Shown: positions 1 through 12,269, numbered from the whole stretch's first letter. The stretch: 63,819 bases of DNA, filler included, from Octopus bimaculoides (GCF_001194135.2; 7 parts of 7 records of this genome joined end to end with filler, not necessarily neighbours in it); one strand, 5' to 3'. Numbers and translations are program-made. Notes: generated by a model not told the origin, from the sequence alone.

Positions 1-31
<31 letters not shown>

Positions 32-1739
32 TGGGTGTGTATGATTGTGTATAGAAAAATATTATTTTTGGGTTTAAAGTTCTATTAACACAGCTACTCC
101 TACCACCACCAATAACAACGACAACAAGAATAATAAAGGAGATAAAAATGGTGATGATGATAATTGAAAATTAAAAATCCCTGGGATTTAAACATTTCTA
201 AAAATAGCCAAACAATTGCTGCTTTGGCCAGGGTCAAAATACAGGTCTCTTGACATGTTCAACAATCCACAATGCCTAAACCAAACACCAGTCAGCTTAA
301 GTAATTTAGTAAAACCACACACTGATTGGTGTGTTTGCAAAAATTAACATTCTGGAGCCTATACAGATTTATTTAAGGCATAGAGCTTAGCCATCTCACT
401 GTACTTGTAAATTGTAAAACATAACTGTCACCACTACTACATGAACCTGAAGATTGCATAGTTTAATGCATGAAAGTACTAGTTCAATCAGAATGGATAT
501 TTAACATTCCATCATTTCATTATATTATCTTATCATTCATCTATGGTAGTAGTTGAATAATATTCTTAAGGCCGCAATTTACTCACTTGCAGCATCTTTC
601 AGAGCTTGTCACTAATCCAGTTCTTAACTAAATTGAAAACTGTGAACAATTTTGAAGAGAACTGGTCCCTAGCTACATTTTGGCATAAAAAATTGAGATT
701 TGATCCAGTAGAAAAAAGTTTACATCAAAATTTGTAGCAACATTATAGGAGAGTAAGTAACGCCACCAATCAAGTTTAGATCTAAATAACTTTTTTATTT
801 TAAAAGCAAAATATATTTATCTTAGCTTCAGTGATAGAAGAAAGCATGAAGAATTTCATAGTTTTGGTCCCATGCAACAAGAATATGCATCAAAAAAGTT
901 ATGAGGTAAAATATCATGAAAAAAAATTGGAATTAAGTATAATTAGCTTTTTTATTTTAAAAACAAACTATATTTCAATTAAGCTTAAATGGTTGAGCTC
1001 AATTCGAGAAATTTCATGCAATGAATTTTTCATGCAATCACTCTCATGCAATGAATTTTTTAAAGAAAAAAGTTATGAGTGTTTGTTTCTCGAATTTGAG
1101 AGTGATAATATAGTTCTATAAGGGGACTTTTAATATATGTTACCAGCATCATTGAGGTAAGGAAAAAATTATCAATTGACACATCTGACACATTATTAAT
1201 TAGCATAATAGCATAGCCTGGAAAATACATGGATTACATGGAAAAATGCGAGCAAGAGAAATAATATTCTTAAGATTATAAACCTGGAAAATTACAGGAA
1301 AAGATATTACACTTGGAAAAGTTCAGGACAACTTATTACATCTGGTAAAGTACAGAACAAGAAAGTTTTTACTTAAAATATTGCAGCTGAGGATAAAATT
1401 TGAATATTAGAAATTGATTTTAATTTACAAAGTAACTTTATAATTAAAAAAGTTACCATCATTTTGTTAAAATATTGACATTTAAAAAATGAGAGCCAGA
1501 AGTACCAATATAGCTAAAGTTTTATGCAAACTAGAATAGTATATTATATTATAAGATTGTAAATAAAATGTGAAAATCAGACAAAGTTGGAATTTCAATA
1601 CTTTAATATGTATTATACTTTTGTAAGCTAATTATTTAAATTGACTTTTAAATATATAACTTCCTAATCTCTCTTCTTTTCTCCTATGTTCTCACATTGG
1701 CTACATATTTTTTGTACCATCTCTCTAAATTAACCCTTG

Positions 1740-2065
1740 CTTGTTCGCAGTGTACCTACCCCACCACCAATACCTGATATCTCTTTTCTCCCATCATTAC
1801 CGGATATCTCTCTTCTCTCACTGGAAACCCCCTCCCTCAGTGGTGGTATCCTCTATTCATACCTGCAATTTCCTCCTCCTCTCCCTCTCTCCTGGGACAA
1901 AGGCAACTAGTTTAGCTGCCCACCTACTTAATTGGCTATTTTTCATTTTGACTTGAAATTTGTCAACAAATTACTCTGTAATTTCCATGGACATATTGAA
2001 GTGGAAAGAGAAAGCTAATGGGTTGTACATGCATGCTTGTTCCTTTGTGTGTACATACTTGTTCT

Positions 2066-2101
<36 letters not shown>

Positions 2102-2970
2102 CATGCATGCTTGTTCTTGTATGTGTGTGTGTGGGTGTGCTTGTTCCTCTCTTCTCTCACCGGAAAACCCCTCCCTTGCTCATGGTATCCTATATCATAC
2201 CTGAAATTTCCTCTCCTTCTCCCCCGGGACAAATGCAACTAGTTTAGCTGCCCACCTTCTTAATCTAACATTGGCATATCGATATTCATATTCTCCTTTA
2301 TCTTTATTTATTTATAGCTGCAACACCAATAATACTTAAATTTATGATTTTACGATGTCATAATGCTTATACTTACAACACCGCTAACCCCTGGGAGGGG
2401 CAACAATCTTAACACTCTTGAATGTTTGAATGATGACAGGTTGAAAGTGAGAAAAGGTGTAGTCTGTCTATCAAACAAATACGGAAACCTTCTTTTCAGG
2501 CACAGAATAACATCTCCCTTCCCCATGCTTCCTCCCACATTCCTTTCCTAGTTTTTAGAGTTGGCACTGTCAATGTAGGCACATGAAAGGTAGGTCCAGT
2601 GAGAGTGTAGAGATGCTTGAACAGAGACTTGTTGATGTATGCTGCATACAAGAGGTAAGATGGAGAGAAGCTTCAGCCAGGGGTCCTCACAGGCAACGCA
2701 CATAGGTATAAAATCTTCTTGGAAGGTAACAGTGATGGAGTAGGGGATGTAGACACACTCCTTGCGGAGAAATGGGTGGATAAGGATATAGAGGTAGTCA
2801 GGGTATGCGATAGAGTGCTTAAGCTCAGGCTAGTCCTGCAGAATAGTATAGCTCCAATTATCTCTGCCTATGCCCCACATGCAGGCCTACCAAACGATCA
2901 GAAGGACCATTTTTATGATACCTTTCTACAGGCTACCTCAAGACGAGTGGCAATGACCTCATCTCTGCAT
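1740..2970 (+). mobile_element. RTE-clade LINE 5' fragment (putative 5' UTR plus decayed APE endonuclease)
   Basis: 2555-2945 translates across frameshifts as FRVGTVNVGT..DVCCIQEVRWR..RVLKLRLVL..IISAYAPHAGL..QKDHFYD, the motif order of RTE-type AP endonucleases. A ~115-bp module is duplicated upstream (1808-1928, 2147-2260). Confidence 0.8.
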
Positions 2971-4061
2971 TGTTAAATTAATCTGAAATGGAACTGTCAG
3001 AGTGCGATATTTAAGAAATTTTGCTTTTCCACTTCAAAAAAGGATGTAAAACAGCTGAAACTGCTTGTGATATCAATGAAACGTTTGGTGAGGAAATGAC
3101 CAGTGAGTGGTCTGCTCAAAAATGGTTTAAAGAATTTTGCAGTGGAGACCTGAGCCTTGAAGATGGTGAGTATAGTGGACGCCCGTCTGTCATCGATGAC
3201 AGTCAGTTAAAGACCGTCATTGAGAAAGATCAACGTAAAACCACTCAAGAACTGGCAAAAGAACTTCAAGTTAGACAGAAAACTGCCTGCAACCATTGCA
3301 TGCAATCGGAAAATCAAAAAAGCTCGACAAATGGGTACCACACGATTTGAATGAAAATCAGAAAATGCACAGATATGAAAGTTATTCATCGCTTCTTCTC
3401 CATAACCAGCTGATCCACTTCTTGACCATATTGTAACTTGTGATGAAAAGAGGCTTCTGTACAATAATAAAAAGCGTTCTTTGCAGTGGTTGGACCAAAA
3501 TGAAGCACTGAAAACCTTCCCTAAACCCAAACTCTTCAAGAAGAAGGTTATAGTGACTGTTTGGTGCTGTGCTGCTGGACTCATCCACTATTTCTTCTTA
3601 AAACCCAGAAAAACCATCACTGCAGAAACATATTGCCATGAAATTGTCAAAATGAACGAAAAACTGTTACTCCTCCATCCCAGACTAGTCAACAGAAGAG
3701 GGCCAATCATTCTTCATGACAATGCACGACCACACGTTTCACTAATGATGCTCCAGAAGTTGAGGGCACTTGGCTTATTCCCCAGACCTTTCTCCTACTA
3801 CCACTTTTTCATGTACCTTGATGGTTTCCTGCGAGAGGAAGAGTTAAAAAATCGAACAGATGCTGAAAGAGCATTCAAAGAGGTCATCATCTCCGAACTC
3901 TAGATTTTTGTATTACCAGAATAAACAAACTTGTCACTTGTTGGCAAAAATGTGTTGATTTAATGGTACTTACTTTGATGAATAAAATTTCTACATTGTT
4001 GGAATATATTGCGATGAATTTCATATTTCAAGACATCGCTTATTTTTTACTCAGCCTGATA
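2970..4061 (+). mobile_element. Decayed mariner (DD34D-type) transposon
   Basis: Broken ORF from ATG 2988: HTH region (FHFKKG..AETACDINETFGE..WFKEFCSGDLSLED..SGRP), IVTCDEK, QWLD..KPKL, IILHDNARPHV. The right end TTTTTTACTCAGCCTGATA (to 4061) looks like a TA-ending TIR. No left TIR seen. Confidence 0.92.
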
Positions 4062-4499
4062 TTATTAAGCATATATTTAATATAGTATATATTTTATTTA
4101 TGATGTAATATAGTATATATTTTATTTATATTTATACTTTTATCTATGCATGGTTAATATTCCTACCTAGATTAAAAGTAGTTATATTATCTGATTGACT
4201 GTAAAGGTGTGTATTTGATATTAGTATCAAAATGAAATTCAAGCATTATATAATATAATGTGGTATATGTTATTTCTAATCAATTCACTCTGTTTGGTTT
4301 TTAAATTAAGTTGTAGTTATTATATTATGTTTGTATTTTTAATGTTAGGTTTAATTTATTAATTATTTAATAAATTTAACTTTCTAGATTATATTTAGGT
4401 TAATCACAACAAATTAAAATGTTCGCCCTCTCCAAGTTAATTCTTTTGTGTTTAGATGTTATATACTTTATTTAATACTTATTTTATATCCTATTTGCA

Positions 4500-6560
4500 G
4501 TTATTATTTTCAGTTTAATTCATTATTAATTTACTAAAGACATATTTCAAGTAGTAGCAACAAGCTAAAATATTCTAGCTTTTATTATCTGAAAAATTTC
4601 TTTGGTATATAGACATTTCCTGTCTGAAATATGATAAGCCATGGCATGGCTTACAACCTCCTATTTAATCATATAATCTTTTCCATTATCCATTAACATT
4701 CATATAAATTTGCTGGGACTAGTATTGTTAAATTCATGTCTATTCCTAAAACAACTCATGGTTTGTGATTCTTCTTTTAAATCTAGTTTCAGTTGAACCT
4801 ATATAATGGTATTCCTTTCCTTCAGATTTAACTATACACCTATATACCAAGTTATCTTGTTTACAATTTCTTTAATTCTACAATCACAATTTATATTAAC
4901 ATTATTATTAATAGAATTATTTTCATTCTTATTATTTCTGTTATTAGGGTTAGGAAGGGAGTTAATATTGGTTATATGTCTTCTATTATTATAATTTACC
5001 CAAACGTCATCTTTATTTAAATTACGGTTGTTATAAAAAGTATTCAATTTTCTATTAATTAATTGAGGATATAATTGCGAAAAGATTCTTTAATAGGGTA
5101 TGACCAACTTTTACAGATTTAGAATTAATGAGTTCACTATACTTATTGTCCTTATTTAAATGTTTCTGTATTGATTGATAAATAGATTTGACCATGTTAT
5201 TTTTAATTTAACTTGCAAAGGGGATAATGAGGTACGAAGTATTTGTTCTATTTAGGCAATCATAATTCATATTATGTTTTTCAGAATTTATGCAAGGAGT
5301 ATATCTTCTTTTATTATTTATATTATGTCTATTGTTATAAGAATTTTCAAGTATATTCTTATGAATGCTGTTAATTTATGTTTTACTGGATTTTTTTATT
5401 TTTGCCTTTATTACTGTATTTAGTATCAGGTTTCATGAGTTTATAATCAGTTTTAGTATTTATTTTTACGCTTTTGTTATTACTTTTCCTGTTTTCAAAA
5501 CCTTGGCTTTTTATCTTGGGATTTATTTTCCTAACTATACTTGCTTCATTTATTTTATTATCATTTGTGGTTTTAGATTTTACATTATGTATTATATTTG
5601 GGTTATCTGTTATTTTGTCTTCACTGTTTACATTAAGCATGGATTTGCTGACTTTATGATATTTTATTTTGTGTTTGTATCCTGCTTTTTCAAGTGCATC
5701 ATTATAGAAGTTAGCATTTTTGTAGAAGAGTTCTTCATTATATAAAAGATAAGTAAGTCTCTTTTCTATGTTTTTAATTAATGCATTTTTCATTGATTTT
5801 AGATTATTACTCAGATTATTAATATATCTTAGATTTGTATTGGGCTCATGATACGGTTCATATTTACCAGTTACAAAATTAAAGTTAATATCTAAAAATT
5901 TAACCGAGTTATTTTCTTTTCCAATAGAGATTGAGAGACCATAATTTAAAAAAAAATTTATATGATTTTTTCTTATACAGTTCTACTTTTCTATTTGACG
6001 GATTTTTAATTAGAAGAAACGCATCATCGCTATATATTCTGCCCATTATTTCAGGGAATTCATTATTTAATTTGTATAGAATGTATATAACTACTATGTC
6101 CATTGCCTGGGTTGAATCTGCAGACCTCATGGTAATGTCAAATGAATTATGAGCCCTTTCTAACCCAATATTTATTATCAAACCTTATCACTGATTTTCT
6201 GGCAGTTAAATAAAATTAATTTCTTTCATATTCAAGTCAGTGTAACATTTAGCAAAAATTAGGGCCTCCTTCAGTATCATCGGAATAATGGAAGAGTAAT
6301 AGTTGTCAATATCACACTTAAAAATTTTAATTTGCATTTATTAACTATACTATTCAACCAAGATATCGCTTCTTGGGTATTTGCCCAAAGTTCAATGCAA
6401 TTTACCAAGGAGGACTTCATCTTGATGAAGGGGACATTGCATATATGGATTATTTCATTTTTAACCATGACCAGGAATGTACACCTGAAACGGCCATAGA
6501 TGGACATCCTCCAATTTTAGATCCTTTCTATTTCTGTATTTTTAACCTCGAAATTTAGCT
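4500..6560 (-). mobile_element. Decayed Penelope-like element (RT plus GIY-YIG), Naiad-like
   Basis: Minus-strand fragments: LWANTQEAISWLNSI; FDITMRSADS..VIYIL..GRIYSDDA (RT YxDD region); IEKRLTYL.YNEELF..YNDALEKAGY (thumb); NCDCR..VYRCIVKSEGKEYHYIGSTETRFKRRITNH (GIY-YIG, ~4720-4880). Many stops and frameshifts. The clade call is from remembered motif similarity. Confidence 0.85.
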
Positions 6561-6625
6561 CCCACTTGTTTTAGAATTTTGACCTCGAAAATCTTTTATC
6601 TCTTAATTTCTATCTTATAATTTAC

Positions 6626-6665
<40 letters not shown>

Positions 6666-7019
6666 NNNNNNNNNNAAGAATCGATCCTTTTGGTTATATT
6701 AATAATAATAAAGGAGTTACGACGCAAAAACGTATAAATTCAAAAGAACATATTTATCTTCTTCAATATATATTTCAGTATAAAGAATTCATTAAGATGC
6801 TTAAATCAAAATTTCTTTACACATCATTCAGGAACAGATATAACATCAGAAAAAATACATTCCGTTTAAAAACACAAACCGTTCATGGCGAAAAAATTTC
6901 ACAATTACAAAAAAACGAACAAAATTTTTTAAAGTTTTAGCAAAAAGAACGCTATTACCTACATACAGGCATCCGCGTGTGCGCCCGTACACACACGCTC
7001 ATGCACGCATACACGTGCA

Positions 7020-7302
7020 CTCTCACATGTGTATATATGGATACACAAAGAAGCAAAGATCACAAGTCATAAACACATACACACACACACACACATACAT
7101 ACACACACGCACACACACATATATATATATATATAAATATAAAAATATGTTTAAAAAAACCTCATATTAAAATATATTATAAAATTATATATACATAAAA
7201 AATCTATACACATACAAACCACCATACACACACATATATGCATATATACATATATATACATATATACATATATATACATATATACACACACATACAAAAC
7301 AT

Positions 7303-7354
<52 letters not shown>

Positions 7355-7446
7355 CACATACACACACATGTATATACATACACACACATACATACATACA
7401 TATATATACACATATATATATATATACATACATACAAAACATTACC

Positions 7447-7539
<93 letters not shown>

Positions 7540-7690
7540 CTACATATAAGTACATACACACATATACATACATATACATACACATACCCATATACATATA
7601 TACACACACATATACATACATACACATAAATACACACATTTTTCCACGTATACCTATGCATATATATATACACTTGCACATGTATATGAA
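7020..7690. repeat. Compound CA/TA microsatellite (example of many: also ~9880-10137 GATA/CATA, 12790-12890 TG, 20206-20567, 44160-44500, 52150-52310, 55450-55770, 58030-58420)
   Basis: Direct inspection. Confidence 0.95.
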
Positions 7691-7699
7691 CAGATGTAC

Positions 7700-8234
7700 G
7701 AATAAGTAAATAGAGCAATAGCAGAACTAAAAATACTAAAACCCAAACCTTAATAACCAATCATAACAAAGTTCTGCTATAGGAGAAATAAACAATGAAA
7801 TTATCTAAACCAAAAATAAGTATGTTTGCGAACGTGAACACATCTGAACCCATTATATGTTAGTTTATTAATTAGTTTATGCTTAGAAAATAGAATAAAA
7901 AACAACTCAAGATTGCACAAGTTGCAATACCTCCTACCCATATCGTATGGGATATCTCTCCCTATAACAGACCATTCTAACAAAAAGTTCTTATTTTGTT
8001 CTTTTAACCCCCAAATAAACTTACTAAGACTAGTACTAGCTATTTTACTCCTATCTCTAAACGTATTAAAGTGACAAGAAATTCTCCTACAAATCTTATC
8101 CGAAGAACAACCCACATAAACACTAACATCTGTATCACTCTTAACCTTACACTGATACACTATATTCCTTAATCTCACGTTTGGACCCTCAAACTTTAAC
8201 CTCCTGGGATTAATCTCAGTTACCTCAATTTTAG
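7700..8234 (-). mobile_element. Penelope-like element 3' end: GIY-YIG endonuclease domain
   Basis: ORF 7801-8178: IVYQCKV..VYVGCSS..RRISCHFNTF..TSLSKFIWGLKE..WSVIG..PY..CNLCNLE..NK..RCVHVRK, the C-terminal EN of PLEs. The 5' part runs into a gap. Confidence 0.92.
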
Positions 8235-8278
8235 NNNNNNNNNNNNNNNNNNNNNNNNNNNNNNNNNNNNNNNNNNNN

Positions 8279-8290
8279 TTAATTAATTAA
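8279..8290. other. Assembly gap marker TTAATTAATTAA inside N runs (also 14279, 33402, 43497, 55821, 58508)
   Basis: Identical 12-mer centred in N runs of similar length six times; technical. Confidence 0.95.
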
Positions 8291-8379
8291 NNNNNNNNNN
8301 NNNNNNNNNNNNNNNNNNNNNNNNNNNNNNNNNNTATATATATATATATATATACATATATATAATATATATATATACA

Positions 8380-9300
8380 TATGTGATAATATACGGTAAA
8401 ACCATATAACCGGAGGAGAGGTTACTCTACAAGTAGAGAAGTGGGTAAATATAAATAGACCTCGTAACGATACCAGCTACCAAATGGTTTCACGGCGAAT
8501 TGGGGCCCCAAGTGATCTTTGTAAAGTCATTGGGGAGAATCCCAAGCCGATTATCGAGGTCTATTTATATTTATATATATATCGTATATTTATAAAGAGG
8601 GCAAATTTAGCTATTTCTCCGTAGATTGAAAAAAAAGATGAGCAACTTTAATCGATTTCCGAACATTATTGGGTTCTCATCAGAGGCGTAGTGGTTCAAA
8701 CATGAAAAATAGAACTTACGTTGAGTCAGTCTCAATAAATATAGATTTATTGATCGGAGAAAGTTACATAGTGACTGAAGGTTCGAGAGTTTCGTGCAGA
8801 GGCACTTATCAAACTAATTAAATCAACGTTTTCTATATAAAACGAAAAAGCAGGACAGTATCGGAAACAGATATGACGCAGATACTATTTTATATATAGG
8901 CAGGAAGACTTTTGATTAATAATATGACAGAATTAAGGCAAGATTAAAAAAATGAAAGTCGTCAATATATAAGGCATTCTGCCTAAACTACGCCTTTAAG
9001 ATACGATTTGTTAGTAGTAACGCTAAAAGGAAACTATTTCCTAAGGAACTCAAGCAGATAGAGAGGAATAAAGATTTAATGAAAAGGTGAATCAAGACTA
9101 AAGTTGGAATTGAAAAAAAGGCACTTACCCAGGCACTGGTCAAGCAAATAATGGTATGGATCTTGAATGGTCGTTTTGTATTGAAAGAATTTTGAAGGGG
9201 TTTTATTTTTAGACTGGGGTCAAACGGTCGAATCCATTCAACCATGTTTTAAATCTTTAGCAACACCAATTACAAAGAACTTAGGAGTGGTACTAAAAGA
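8380..9300 (-). mobile_element. Probable Penelope-like pseudo-LTR / 3' region
   Basis: The minus strand has VEWIRPFDPSLKIK (resembling the E..I....P.LN end of a PLE EN), followed downstream by a CTGATGAG..GAAA hammerhead-like core (8650-8682). CpG-rich. Confidence 0.45.
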
Positions 9301-9599
9301 TGGAGAGAAGTATTGACAGACAGAAACTGGGTGGGAGCTGTCTTCAATAATTCAAGTAATGCTATATATACAAAATTAACCATGCATGCTGGTTTTGTTG
9401 TTGATATTGTTGCTGCTATTGTTGTTATTGTCACTTACTTTTTTGTATTTTGACGCTACTTGCCTTCAGAAGTTAGTGGTCCTAAACTCCCTAGGGAATT
9501 TTATGCTAGCTTCATCACTTTTATTTATTTATATATTTATTTTTTACTTTGTTTTGAAACGAGATCGAACTTAAGCATTTTATACCGATAGATTTTAGA

Positions 9600-9716
9600 C
9601 ACTTTTTTTCTGCAACTGGTAAGATTATGTAGGGGGTACAAATTTTGATCTTGCACCCCCGGAAAATTCTAGGGGGCACGAGTGCACCCGCTGCACCCCC
9701 TGTTCCCGGGCCCTTG
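9600..9716. mobile_element. Single end of a DNA transposon/MITE (GC-rich GGGGGTGCA sub-repeats)
   Basis: GC-rich stretch with repeated TGCACCCCC motifs ending CCCGGGCCCT; no partner end found. Confidence 0.3.
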
Positions 9717-9853
9717 AGAGGTGCTACCCATTTTTGCCAGCTCAGTGGATTGGAGTAGCGTGAAATAAAGTGTCTTGATCAAGGAGTCAACAATCGAACT
9801 CACAATAGTGCAATCGTAAGCCGAATACGCTAACCATTAAGCCACGCGCCTTC
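9717..9853 (-). mobile_element. tRNA-derived SINE family C, head plus central domain
   Basis: Reverse complement GAAGGCGCGTGGCTTAATGGTTAG..GAGTTCGATT..GACACTTTATTTCACGCTACTCCAATCCACTGAGCTG matches the copy at 42610. Confidence 0.8.
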
Positions 9854-9956
9854 ACTATATTTATAGTTAGATATGCAGAGAGACAGACAGACAACAGACA
9901 GACAGCAGGCAGGCAGGAAGACAGGCAGAAAGAGACAGACAAACAGGCAAACGGAC

Positions 9957-10032
<76 letters not shown>

Positions 10033-10137
10033 GGATGGATGGATAGATAGATAGATAGATAGATAGATACATACATACATACATACATACATACATACAT
10101 ACATACATACATACATACATACATACATACATACATA

Positions 10138-10531
10138 CCGTCATAGAAATTAGCTACCCTGCAAATATAAATATCTCTGAAAATCAAAGAAAAAGAGAAT
10201 ATCAATGGACAACTGCTTCGAAACCTCCAGCTTCTATGTCCAGACAATGAATTCATATTCATACCAGTAATAATTGAAGCACTAGGTTTTGTTAGTAAAT
10301 GCTTAAAGGAGAATATGGATAAACTGGGCTTTTCAGAAAGAGAAATCGACCGGCTAATTCGTACATTACAAGTACAATCTATGAGTGGAACAGTAAAAAT
10401 ATGCAAGACTTTCTTAAATTCCAAATGTGAATTTGTATGTGTTAACTACATGCCAAAGATGGAGCTTAGTATCTTTGTTGGAAACCGGCTCCCACTTCAG
10501 TGGAAGATTTATAATAATTAAAAAGTAGAAG
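10138..10531 (+). mobile_element. 5'-truncated RLE-type non-LTR retrotransposon (C-terminus plus 3' UTR) inside (CATA)n
   Basis: Translates TVIEISYPANINI..KEKEN.NGQLLRNLQLLCPD..FIPVIIEALGFV..LGFSERE..LQVQSMSGTVKICKTFL. (CATA)n flanks both sides. Confidence 0.85.
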
Positions 10532-10764
10532 ACATACATACATACATACATATATACATACATGCATACATACATATATACATCTATACATACATACATA
10601 TATACATACATGCATACATACATACATACACAGATGCCACAGACTGTTTCTGAGGCTGGAAAGATTAGGTTTCTCCTCTCCTTATTGCTACATCAACCGG
10701 TGTTGTATGTCAGACGTAGGATTTACTGGAATTCATAATGGATTAGATTTATTCTTGATACTCT

Positions 10765-10969
10765 TGATACTCTTTTACTCTTTTACTTGTTTCAGTCATT
10801 TGACTGTGGCCATGCTGGAGCACCGCCTTTAGTCGAGCAAATCGATCCCAGGACTTATTCTTTGTAAGCCTAGTACTTATTCTATCGGTTTCTTTTGCCG
10901 AACCGCTACATTACGGGGACGTAAACACAACAGCATCGGTTGACAAACGATGTTGGGGGACAAACACAG

Positions 10970-11020
<51 letters not shown>

Positions 11021-11183
11021 CGACGGGCTTCTTTCAGTTTCCGTCTACCAAATCCACTCACAAGGCTTTTGTCGGCGTGAGGCTATAGTTGAAGACACTT
11101 GCCCAAGGTGCCACGCAGTGGGACTGAACCCGGAACCATGTGGTTCGTAAGCAAGCTACTTACCACACAGCTACTCCAACGCC
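10765..11183 (-). mobile_element. tRNA-derived SINE family A (internal CA/TA microsatellite)
   Basis: Head with A/B-box-like TAGCTGTGTGGTAAG / GGTTCAGTCCC, body ..GATAGAATAAGTAC.., tail (AAGTAAAAGAGT)n. Homologous copies recur in the window. Confidence 0.9.
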
Positions 11184-11324
11184 TAAAAATAATTCGAGAA
11201 AATTAATAGTAACAAAAATGTCGGGAAATAAACCACTTATAGAAATAAAAACCATTCTTATAATGTACGGAAAACGGAAGGCTGAGAAGAAAACCATTCA
11301 TTTCATGTCTGTAAAGTGTTCAAT

Positions 11325-11408
11325 CACTGCACGTTAATTTTATGAGCAGGCTGTTCCATGGATCGGATAAACTGGAACACTCGTCGTCGCAACCGACGGA
11401 GTGCCAGT
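11325..11408 (+). mobile_element. Retroposon 3'-end fragment (family D)
   Basis: CACGTTAATTTTATGAGCAGGCTGTTCC..GATCGGAT..GACGGAGTGCCA matches 57350-57417. Confidence 0.7.
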
Positions 11409-11489
11409 TAAATAATACTAAATCTACAGACAGATGCAGTCTCGGTGTAAAGTGCCTTTTCAGTTCAAGATAATTATACTGCATCATAT

Positions 11490-11641
11490 CTTTTATCTTT
11501 TATTTGTTTCAGCCGTTGGACTGCGGCCATGCTGGTACACGGTCTCAAAGAATTTTTGCCGAACTTATCGACCCCAGAGCTTGTCATTTTTTTGTAAAGC
11601 CTGGTACTTATTCTATCGGTCACTTTAGCTGAACTGCTAAG

Positions 11642-11691
<50 letters not shown>

Positions 11692-11865
11692 CATATATAT
11701 ATATATATATATATATACGAAGGGCTTCTTTCAGGTTCTGTCTGCCAAATTCACTCATAAACCCGAAGCTATAGTAGAAAACACTTACCCAACGTGCCAC
11801 GCAGTGGGACTGAACCCGGAACCATGTGGCTGAGAAGCTAACTATCTTATCACACACCAATGCCT
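11490..11865 (-). mobile_element. SINE family A copy
   Basis: Same head, body and tail as 10765-11183. Confidence 0.88.
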
Positions 11866-12269
11866 GTGTCCAGAATATAGCATTTTTTTCTTTCTTCTGC
11901 AATATGAAACAGAAGTGGACTTTTTTTCTAACAAGAGCAGCGGACATTTGATCGGAAAATGAAATATTGAGTTGCGATCCTTTGGCGAATTTTCTATATT
12001 GCTTGTTTCACTTTCACCCACTCTATGTACATGCAGGAGAGGATAGATTGCTGCGTGCCGATTCGCCGACCACTGTCCGAGTGTTTGTGTGTCGTAACTT
12101 CTTCACGCATATAAAAACTTTATTCAAATCATTGTTGAAATTACATTATCCTCAATATCAATATGAGAAGAAAATTGAATAAAAGGATGTAATGAAATAT
12201 CTTTCACTTCTATTTTTAGACAACAGAGTTTGTTGACATTTTGATGTGAATAATAATAATAATAATAAT

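Noticed and set aside
6676-6940. Open frame RIDPFGY..QNFLKF after a gap
   Set aside because: No recognisable domain or splice signals; short AT-rich ORF compatible with chance.
7151-7760. Many 60-450-aa ORFs of poly-YI, HT, CV, RE, SL, I or X (also 9787-10144, 12365-13029, 19075-20601, 24993-26120, 33880-35361, 52459-53836, 56421-57317, 59972-60761)
   Set aside because: Translations of microsatellites and N gaps, not genes.
8279-8290. TTAATTAATTAA 12-mer recurring six times between N runs (superficially like a conserved repeat)
   Set aside because: Always centred in N padding and contains stops in all frames; an assembly or scaffolding marker.
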